Shown one piece after another: positions 19,177 through 26,972 of a stretch of 42,738 bases of DNA. Within the stretch, counting starts at the first letter, position 1. The number at the start of each line of letters is the position of its first letter. The stretch is taken from assembly GCA_046760465.1 (NCBI GenBank), contig JBHIEF010000003.1, forward strand, positions 1 to 42,738, in the 5' to 3' direction. The DNA comes from Armatimonadota bacterium (lineage in GTDB: Bacteria; Armatimonadota; Zipacnadia; JAUWAU01; JBHIEF01). The position numbers and the translations under genes were made by a program. The notes beneath the pieces were generated by a model that ran no database searches, was not told the DNA's origin, and saw only the letters and a program-made list of their open reading frames with translations.

Positions 19177-22100
19177 GTGCAGCCGAGACTGCGACGTCAT
19201 CAGCAGATCCTGGTGGCAGCGGTGTTAGTCTTGTCGGCGCAACTGACCGCTTTCGGCCAAGGCGGCTCTCGGGTGCCGCGGGGCGAGCTCGCGTTGGACT
19301 TTGAGTCCCTTCGCCTGGCCATAGACGATCTGAAGGAGACCTTCGGAGAGAGGTACCCAGATGGCGCCCACTACCTCGCTCAGCTTGACGAGCTGGAGCG
19401 GTCTGGCGACCGAGGCCCCGCAGCCATGCGGAGGCTCCAAGCCCTCGGCCGCGAGGCGCTCTTGGCGAATCCCGTACTGAACTTCGACCGACTGCTGCTG
19501 CTCAAGCGCCGGCGCGGGCAGCTCGGTCTGCCCGTCAACCACAAGTGCAATTGGGGCCTCAAGCGCACGGGGTACGACAATGAGATCGCCCTGCTCTCCC
19601 CGGTTCGGCCGGACGCTAAGCTGCGGACGCTCTTCAGACCGCAGGGGGGCGAGTTCGTCGGCGAGATTGACCTGCACTTCGATGCCGACCGGATGCTGTT
19701 TACCATGCCCAACCGCCACAACTGGCAGGTGTTCGAGGTCCGTGTGGATGGCAGCGGTCTGCGGCGGGTGACGCGCGGCAACCACCGGGACGTGGACAGC
19801 TTCGACGGGTGCTATCTGCCCGATGGGCGGATCGTCTTCTGCTCGACGGCCTCGTACCATGCCGTGCCCTGCTGGCACGGCCAGCAGCGGGCGTGCAGCA
19901 TCTACTTGATGGACGCCGACGGCGGCAACGTGCGGCAGTTGACCTTCGACCAGGACCTCGACCTCCATCCCTCAGTGCTGCCCACAGGCCAGGTCATCTT
20001 CAGCCGCTGGGACTACGGGGGCACGATGCACATGTACCTCCGCCCCCTGATGGTGATGAACCCCGACGGCACGGGCCAGGCGGCGGTGTATGGGAGCAAC
20101 TCCTATTGGCCGAACGCGCTCTACTTCCCCCGCGGCATCCCTCAGGCCCCGGGCAAGCTCGTGGCCATCGTAGCTGGATACCACGGCGTGCCGCGCATGG
20201 GCGAACTGGCGCTGCTGGACCTGAATAAGGGCTGGCATGAGGCGGAGGGCATCGTACAGCGGATTCCGGGCCGAGGTGAGCTCGTCGAACCGGTGATTCG
20301 GGACTACCTGGTGGATGCCTCCTGGCCCAAGTTCCTGCATCCGTATCCCCTGAGTGACAAGTACTTCCTGGTGGCCTCCCAACTGGATAGCACGTCGCCA
20401 TGGGGCATCTACCTGGTGGATGTCTTCGACAACATGGTGCCGCTTTGCGTGCAGCCACAGTTCGACCTGTTCGAACCCATCCCGCTCAGGAAGAGGCCCA
20501 GGCCGCCGGTAATCCCCGATCGGATAGACCCAGATCGTGACGACGCCGTGGTCTACCTGCACGACGTGTACACGGGGCCGGGGCTGGCGGGTGTCCCGCG
20601 CGGAGCCGTTAAGCGCCTGCGCATCGTGGCTTACCATTTCGGCTATCCGGGCTTGGCGGGGCCCGACAAGATCGGCAGCGGCGGGCCCTGGGAAGTGATG
20701 CGGATCATGGGGACGGTGCCGGTCCACGCCGACGGTTCGGCCCGGTTTCGCGTGCCTGCCCGCACGCCCCTGACCGTGCAGCCGCTTGACGGTGAGGGCA
20801 AGGCGATCCAGTTGATGCGGAGTTGGTTCACAGCAATGCCAGGTGAGGTCATCTCGTGCGTGGGCTGCCATGAACGGCCCGCCGAGGTGCCGGCATCTGC
20901 CGTTGCCGAGGCGGCGCGGCGCCCGCCGTCCGAGATCAGCCCCTGGTACGGACCGGCCCGCGGCTTCGACTTCGAGCGCGAAGTTCAGCCGGTGCTGGAC
21001 AGGTACTGCGTGGCCTGTCACAACGGCGAGACGCACAGCGAGAGCGTGCCGGACCTGCGGTCCGAGCGCCACGTGCAGAACTACCGCGGGCGAGAGCTGA
21101 GCGGCCTGGGGGCAGAGCGCCTGCATCCGGTCGTGCGCAAGGCGCTTGGAGGGACGCGAGCCAAGTATACGCCTGCCTACGAGGCCCTGGTGCCCTATGT
21201 CCGCAGGCCCGGCATCGAGGACGATGTCCATCTGCTCGTACCGGGGGAGTACCACGCCGACACGAGCGAGCTGATCCAGATGCTGGACAAGGGTCACCAC
21301 GGTGTGCAGTTGGATCGCGAAGCTTGGGACAGGCTGATCGCCTGGATCGATCTGAACGCGCCGTGCCACGGCACCTGGCGTGAGGTGGCTCCAATCCCGG
21401 AGGCGGCCGACCGACGGCGACGGGAACTCGCTCTGCTGTATGGCGGTCCCAAGGAAGACCCGGAGCATGTCCCTGAGACCCCCAGCCCCCTGGCTGTCCC
21501 AGTCATGCCCGAGCCGCTGCCCGAACCTGAGGCACAACCCTTGCTGGTGACTGGGTGGCCCTTCGACCACCAGGAGGCCCGGCGTCGGCAAGCAGCCACA
21601 GGAATGGCTGAGCGGACCATTGCTCTCGCCAACGGTGTGAAGATGAGGCTGGTGAGGATCCCTGCTGGCGAGTTCGTCATGGGCAGTGCGGGTGGAGAAG
21701 TGGACGAACGTCCGCTCGCACGCGTCCTCGTGAGCGAAGCGTTCTGGATGGGCGCCTGCGAGGTGACCAACGAGCAGTACCGCCTGTTCGATCCTACCCA
21801 CAGGTCGGGCTACTTCATGAAGAGGTATCCGGGCCCGGACGGTCCCGGGCTCTCACTCGACGGCCCCAGACAGCCCGCCGTGCGAGTGTCGTGGCAGCAG
21901 GCTCTCGCTTTCTGCCGCTGGCTTTCGCGAGTGGCTGGCATGGACTTCACGCTTCCCACTGAGGCGCAGTGGGAATATGCCTGCCGGGCGGGATCGGCAG
22001 CACAGCTCTCGTACGGTGGCGTTGACGACGACTTCGGCGAGTACGCCAACCTGGCCGATAGAGCGCTGAGCATCCCACCGGTCAAGACCGGAGGCTTGGA

Positions 22101-22503
22101 GTCCAACATCACTGCTCATAGGGGTCACGGTCCCTTCCTGTCGGCCATCAGCGGTGGCGACATCGTCTGCGACGCCCGCTTCGACGACGGGACAGTGGCA
22201 ACGGCTGAGGTCGGTCGCTATCAGCCCAATCCCTGGGGACTCCACGATATGCACGGCAACGCGGCGGAATGGACGCTCTCCGCCTACAGACCATATCCGT
22301 ATCGAGACGAAGATGGGCGGAACGCCCCTGTCATTGAAGGCCGCAAGGTCGTGAGGGGGGGATCGTTCCGCGACCGGCCCGAGCGCGGCCGCTCGGCCTT
22401 CCGTCTGAGTTACCCCTCGTGGCAACGGGTCCACAACGTGGGCTTCCGCGTTGCCGCCAAGCGGAAGGGATCTGGCGCTGCCTTGGAGAGGGCTGTCTAC
22501 TGA
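19177..22503 (+). CDS. Exported multidomain protein: TolB-like propeller + hydrazine-synthase-alpha-like middle domain with two CxxCH + C-terminal FGE/SUMF1-fold domain
   Basis: DLHFDADR.LF, YLPDGRIVF.ST, SRWDY, G.VPV..DGSA.F.VPA, Q.MRSW, CVGCH (20857-20871), CVACH (21007-21021), IPAG.F.MG, EVTN.QY, LPTEAQWEYACRAG, PN.WGL.DM.GN..EW, RGGS, GFRV. GAGGAG before GTG 19177. Confidence 0.85.
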   Translation: MQPRLRRHQQILVAAVLVLSAQLTAFGQGGSRVPRGELALDFESLRLAIDDLKETFGERYPDGAHYLAQLDELERSGDRGPAAMRRLQALGREALLANPVLNFDRLLLLKRRRGQLGLPVNHKCNWGLKRTGYDNEIALLSPVRPDAKLRTLFRPQGGEFVGEIDLHFDADRMLFTMPNRHNWQVFEVRVDGSGLRRVTRGNHRDVDSFDGCYLPDGRIVFCSTASYHAVPCWHGQQRACSIYLMDADGGNVRQLTFDQDLDLHPSVLPTGQVIFSRWDYGGTMHMYLRPLMVMNPDGTGQAAVYGSNSYWPNALYFPRGIPQAPGKLVAIVAGYHGVPRMGELALLDLNKGWHEAEGIVQRIPGRGELVEPVIRDYLVDASWPKFLHPYPLSDKYFLVASQLDSTSPWGIYLVDVFDNMVPLCVQPQFDLFEPIPLRKRPRPPVIPDRIDPDRDDAVVYLHDVYTGPGLAGVPRGAVKRLRIVAYHFGYPGLAGPDKIGSGGPWEVMRIMGTVPVHADGSARFRVPARTPLTVQPLDGEGKAIQLMRSWFTAMPGEVISCVGCHERPAEVPASAVAEAARRPPSEISPWYGPARGFDFEREVQPVLDRYCVACHNGETHSESVPDLRSERHVQNYRGRELSGLGAERLHPVVRKALGGTRAKYTPAYEALVPYVRRPGIEDDVHLLVPGEYHADTSELIQMLDKGHHGVQLDREAWDRLIAWIDLNAPCHGTWREVAPIPEAADRRRRELALLYGGPKEDPEHVPETPSPLAVPVMPEPLPEPEAQPLLVTGWPFDHQEARRRQAATGMAERTIALANGVKMRLVRIPAGEFVMGSAGGEVDERPLARVLVSEAFWMGACEVTNEQYRLFDPTHRSGYFMKRYPGPDGPGLSLDGPRQPAVRVSWQQALAFCRWLSRVAGMDFTLPTEAQWEYACRAGSAAQLSYGGVDDDFGEYANLADRALSIPPVKTGGLESNITAHRGHGPFLSAISGGDIVCDARFDDGTVATAEVGRYQPNPWGLHDMHGNAAEWTLSAYRPYPYRDEDGRNAPVIEGRKVVRGGSFRDRPERGRSAFRLSYPSWQRVHNVGFRVAAKRKGSGAALERAVY

Positions 22504-22598
22504 GCGTGCGGGGGGCACAGGGCTGTCGGCCCACGACGATGCCTTCCGGGCTAGCCGGCGACTCGAGTGCGTCTTCGTGCCTGAACAGGAGGACTGCG

Positions 22599-24080
22599 AT
22601 GCCAAAGGCGAGCCGACGCCGTTTTCTCCAGTCCGTCGGGATAGGCGCGGCCATATCGGCCACTCAGGGACTGAGGATGGGATCGTCTGCCAGGGCAGTT
22701 GAGGGCGGTACCAGGCCGAACATCCTGTTCATCATGGTGGACGACTTGGGCAAGGAGTGGATAAGCTGCTACGGCGCTGAGGACATCGAGACGCACAACA
22801 TAGACGCCTTGGCCGCGGGCGGGATGCGGTTCGAGAACGCCTACTCGATGGCGCAGTGCACACCTACTCGGGTCACGCTTCTCACGGGGCAGTACCCATG
22901 GCGGACGGGATGGGTCAACCACTGGGATGTCCCGCGCTGGGGCGTCGGCTATTTCGACTGGAAGCTGAGAGAGAACGTGACTTTCGCGCGCCTGCTGAGG
23001 AGCGCTGGCTATGCGACCGCAGCCGTGGGCAAGTGGCAGATCAACGACTTCCGCCTGACGCCCGATGCGATGGACAAACACGGCTTTGACGACTGGTGCA
23101 TGTGGACCGGCGCCGAAGGCGGGAACCAGCCCAGCGGCAAGCGTTACTGGGACCCATACATCCACACACGTGAGGGCAGCAGGACGTACGAGGGCAAGTT
23201 CGGACCCGACATCTTCACTGACCACCTCGTCGCGTTCATGCGCCAACACCGCGACGAGCCGATGCTGCTCTACTTCCCGATGGCCCTGACGCACGGCCCT
23301 CTGGTGCATACACCCGCCGAGCCGCAGGTGACCGAGAAGCTCGACAAGCACAAGGCGATGGTGCGCTACACTGATCATCTTGTGGGTAGGCTGGTGAGCG
23401 CACTCGACGAGCTGGGGATCAGAGACAGGACCATAGTCATCTTCACGACGGACAACGGATCCGGCGGCGGCATCACGGGCAGGATCAACGGGCGCGAGGT
23501 GCGCGGGGGCAAGGCCAAGAAGACTGAGAACGGCGTTTGCGCTCCGTTCATTGTCAACTGTCCCGGGCTCACTCCGGAGGGCGTTGTGACCGACGCGCTG
23601 ACCGACTTCACGGACCTGCTGCCCACCTTCTGCGAGCTGGGCGCCGCCCCAGTGCCGGCGGACCTGAAGGTAGATGGGGTCTCGATTGCGCCGCTGCTAC
23701 AGGGCAAGGCGGAGGATTCCCCGCGCGAGTGGATCCTGGGCATGGGCCACGGGGGCGCGCTCCTCGACGAGAACGGCGTCCGAGGCAAGGTGGACTACGC
23801 CTCCCGCGTCATCCGCGACAAGCGCTTCAAGGTCTGGGTGAATGAGGAAAGGAAGATAGACCAGCTCTACGATCTGGGGCAAGACCCGTTCGAGGAAAGC
23901 AACCTCATCGAGAGCGCGGAACCGCAGCACCTGGATGCCCTCAGGAAGTTCCAGGCTGTGGTTGACTCCATGCCGGAGAAAGACGCACGACCGCACTACA
24001 CCCCGCGCCCGCCGAATCCCTGGGATAGGAAGCCCGGGAATGCCAAGGGGGGCAAGCGGGCGCGCAAGGCCAGGAACTAA
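22599..24080 (+). CDS. Cys-type (formylglycine) sulfatase, Tat-exported
   Basis: SRRRFL Tat motif; RPNILFIMVDDLG, CTPTR..LLTG, GY.T..VGKW, FTTDNG, LYDL..DP.E. AGGAGG before ATG. Confidence 0.93.
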   Translation: MPKASRRRFLQSVGIGAAISATQGLRMGSSARAVEGGTRPNILFIMVDDLGKEWISCYGAEDIETHNIDALAAGGMRFENAYSMAQCTPTRVTLLTGQYPWRTGWVNHWDVPRWGVGYFDWKLRENVTFARLLRSAGYATAAVGKWQINDFRLTPDAMDKHGFDDWCMWTGAEGGNQPSGKRYWDPYIHTREGSRTYEGKFGPDIFTDHLVAFMRQHRDEPMLLYFPMALTHGPLVHTPAEPQVTEKLDKHKAMVRYTDHLVGRLVSALDELGIRDRTIVIFTTDNGSGGGITGRINGREVRGGKAKKTENGVCAPFIVNCPGLTPEGVVTDALTDFTDLLPTFCELGAAPVPADLKVDGVSIAPLLQGKAEDSPREWILGMGHGGALLDENGVRGKVDYASRVIRDKRFKVWVNEERKIDQLYDLGQDPFEESNLIESAEPQHLDALRKFQAVVDSMPEKDARPHYTPRPPNPWDRKPGNAKGGKRARKARN

Positions 24081-24206
24081 GCTGCTGAGCGTAGCCCTTC
24101 GCATTCCCGAAGTCAGGGGCACGCCTTCCCGTCACTGCCACCTCAGAGGTCGCCATGACGGTGCCGTCGAACACCGATGCCCAGAACGAGGAGAGAGGTA
24201 GGGCGA

Positions 24207-25667
24207 ATGAACATCATCGTTGTGATCATTGACACGCTGCGCTACGACTACATCGGGGCCAACGGGAACGAGTGGATCAAGACCCCCAATCTGGACCGCT
24301 TCACGGAAGACTCTTGGGCCTTCGACCTGAGCTTCTCGGCCAGTTACCCCACGATCCCTCACCGCACGGACGTCATTACCGGCCGATACGGCGGGCCGCT
24401 GCACGCCTGGAAGCCGCTCGATGTGGACGTGCCCACCCTCCCTCGCGCCCTGGCCGAACACGGCTACTGCACGCAGCTAATCCACGACACGCCGCACCTA
24501 GTCAACGGTGGGCATGGCTTCGATTATCCCTTCCATGCCTGGACCTTCGTCAGGGGGGCGGAAGTAGACCGCCCCTGGATCGACGAGTCCTCCGAGTATC
24601 TGCACAATTGGTTCAAGGACCCGCTCTTCGATGACTACGACGAAGACCTGTTCCCCTCCGGCACCAATGTCTGGACGTACGCGCGCGCCAATCGGCGGCG
24701 CGAGCGCGACGAGGACTGGAACTGCGCCAAGCTCTTCCTGACTGGCTGTGAGTTCCTACGGGACAACGCTTCCCGCGACAACTTCTTCCTGTGGCTGGAC
24801 TGCTTCGACCCGCACGAGCCCTGGGACGCGCCGCCGGAGTTCGTCAAGCTGTATGACGACACGCCCGGGTATGACGGGCGCATTGACCCCCGGTCGTTCG
24901 CAGGCGCCATCCGCAGCGACCCGAACCTATCGGCAGCAGGGCGCGAGCGGCTGAAGGCCTATTACGCGGCCAAGGTGAGCTGGGTGGACAGGTGGTTCGG
25001 CGAGTTCCTGGACACGCTGGAACGGACTGGCCTGGCGAAGAACACGGCGGTGCTGCTAACAGCAGACCACGGGACCAACGTGGGGGAGAGGGGCGGGTTC
25101 GGTAAGGGCTTCCCGGTGCGGGAGCAGGAGGGGCGCACGCCCTTCGTCATCCACGTTCCCGAGGGCGGCAGCGGCCGCAGTGACGCGTTCGTCCAGCCTC
25201 AGGACGTCTTCGCCACGGTGATGAGCTTGGCGGGGCTCGAGGCACCCGAGGGCATTGACTCGCACGACGTGCTTGAAATCGCCCAGGAGGGCGCGGCAGG
25301 CCCTCGGCAACTGGCCCTGTCGGGGAGGGGAGTGGCCGCCGGCGCACGCAACCGCGCACGGCACAACGTGCTCTTCACCGTCTTCGACCGGGAATGGTAC
25401 CTGGAGCACGCTGTCAAGCCGGAGGACTCCCGGCTGACGCGCTACGGCTCTCTGGAGGACATCGCCGCCGATAACCAACAGGCGGTCGAGCAACTGCGCG
25501 CGGCCGGGATCGAGGAGATAGCGCGCAGGGGAGCCGACCCGCGTTTCGTCGAGTGGCTGCGAACGGACGGCGAGGGAGAGCTCCCGGAGGACTGCACGTA
25601 CAGTGACGCCCATCCTGCTCCCCCCGGCTGGCAGGTGTACTTCCAGAACCTCTACAACGACGCCTAG
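24207..25667 (+). CDS. Sulfatase/alkaline-phosphatase-superfamily hydrolase with Thr at the nucleophile position, cytoplasmic
   Basis: NII..IIDTLR.D, TPNLD, TIPHR...ITG, FDPHEPWD.P, VD..FG, ADHG. No signal peptide. Confidence 0.85.
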   Translation: MNIIVVIIDTLRYDYIGANGNEWIKTPNLDRFTEDSWAFDLSFSASYPTIPHRTDVITGRYGGPLHAWKPLDVDVPTLPRALAEHGYCTQLIHDTPHLVNGGHGFDYPFHAWTFVRGAEVDRPWIDESSEYLHNWFKDPLFDDYDEDLFPSGTNVWTYARANRRRERDEDWNCAKLFLTGCEFLRDNASRDNFFLWLDCFDPHEPWDAPPEFVKLYDDTPGYDGRIDPRSFAGAIRSDPNLSAAGRERLKAYYAAKVSWVDRWFGEFLDTLERTGLAKNTAVLLTADHGTNVGERGGFGKGFPVREQEGRTPFVIHVPEGGSGRSDAFVQPQDVFATVMSLAGLEAPEGIDSHDVLEIAQEGAAGPRQLALSGRGVAAGARNRARHNVLFTVFDREWYLEHAVKPEDSRLTRYGSLEDIAADNQQAVEQLRAAGIEEIARRGADPRFVEWLRTDGEGELPEDCTYSDAHPAPPGWQVYFQNLYNDA

Positions 25668-25709
25668 GACCCGACGGCCGCGGCCGTTTGGCTGGTCCAC
25701 GGACCGAAC

Positions 25710-26933
25710 ATGAGCGCAGTCGAGAGTTCACGACGCGGCTTCCTGAAGGCTATCGGTATGAGCGCGGCGGCGCTGGCGGCCCGAACACGGATGCACGCGG
25801 CCGAGACACGGGCCGACAGGGCCAGCATCCCCAAGGAGAGAGCAATGAGGATCACGAGCATCGAGACATTCTCGACCAGACAGGTCTGCATGGTGCGCGT
25901 GAGAACAGAGGACGGTTCGGAAGGCTATGGCCAGACCGCGCCCTTCAATGCCGACATCTCGGCCACTGTACTGCACCGGCAGATAGCACCTCGCGCTCTG
26001 GGCGCTGACGCTATGGCCGTTGACGCGCTTGTGGACCGCTGCATTGAGGGCAACTACAAGTTCCCGTGGTCCTACGTGTGCCGGGCCCTGGCAGGGGTGG
26101 AGACGGCCCTGTGGGATCTGCGTGGGAAGCGAGAGGGCAAGAGCGTATGCGAGCTCCTCGGTGGTCGGCCTCGTCCGGTCGCCGCATACGGATCCAGCAT
26201 GCGGAGGGACATCACCCCCAAGGACGAAGCAGAGCGGCTCGCCCGCTTGATGGACAGCCACGGTTACCGGGCCTTCAAGATCCGTATCGGCAAGGTCTGC
26301 GGACACGACCAGGACCAATGGCCTGGACGAACTGAGGAACTGGTGCCGACTGTACGCAAGGCCATCGGGGACGACACGGCCCTGCTTGTGGACGCCAATA
26401 GCTGCTACACTCCGGCGCGCGCGATCGAGGTGGGCAGAATGCTGGAGGACAACGGCGTCTGTCATCTGGAGGAGCCCTGCCCATATTGGGAGCTTGAGTG
26501 GACAGCCGAGGTAGCCAAGGCTCTCGACGTGCCGGTGGCGGGCGGCGAGCAGGACAACTGCCTGGCGCAGTGGCGGCGGATGATCGCCATGGCTGCCGTT
26601 GACATCGTGCAGCCCGATGTCTGTTACGTAGGGGGCCTCACGCGCGCTCTACGGGTGGCGAAATCGGCGGAGGAGGCGGGCCTTCCTTGCGTCCCTCATT
26701 CGGCCAACCGGTCCATGGTCACGGTCTTCACGCTGCACATGCTCGGGGCCATCCCCAATGCCGGCCCGCACCTGGAGTTCTCCATCGAGCCGTCGGGTTG
26801 GACGCAGGAGCTCTTCTCGCCCCCTCTGGAGGCGCGCGACGGGAACGTGGCCATACCGGACGGCCCCGGCTGGGGCGTAGACGTGAATCCTGCTTGGCTG
26901 GGGCAGGCAGAGCGCCAGGTCAGCGAGCAGTAG
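25710..26933 (+). CDS. Mandelate racemase/muconate lactonizing (enolase superfamily) enzyme with Tat-like signal
   Basis: SRRGFLK; ALWDL.GK....V..LLGG, FKIR, DAN, EEP, GGE, DIVQPD...GG, PH, P..PG.G. Alternative start at 25845. Confidence 0.9.
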   Translation: MSAVESSRRGFLKAIGMSAAALAARTRMHAAETRADRASIPKERAMRITSIETFSTRQVCMVRVRTEDGSEGYGQTAPFNADISATVLHRQIAPRALGADAMAVDALVDRCIEGNYKFPWSYVCRALAGVETALWDLRGKREGKSVCELLGGRPRPVAAYGSSMRRDITPKDEAERLARLMDSHGYRAFKIRIGKVCGHDQDQWPGRTEELVPTVRKAIGDDTALLVDANSCYTPARAIEVGRMLEDNGVCHLEEPCPYWELEWTAEVAKALDVPVAGGEQDNCLAQWRRMIAMAAVDIVQPDVCYVGGLTRALRVAKSAEEAGLPCVPHSANRSMVTVFTLHMLGAIPNAGPHLEFSIEPSGWTQELFSPPLEARDGNVAIPDGPGWGVDVNPAWLGQAERQVSEQ

Positions 26934-26972
26934 CAGCTGGGCGTTCTGCTGGTCGCACATCGAGGGTAACCC

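Noticed and set aside
19972-21801. 609-aa minus-strand ORF
   Set aside because: Lies wholly antisense to the motif-rich haem/FGE gene; no family signal.
19177-22503. Anammox hydrazine synthase or canonical FGE maturase call
   Set aside because: No hzsB/hzsC neighbours, and the FGE domain lacks the catalytic cysteines.
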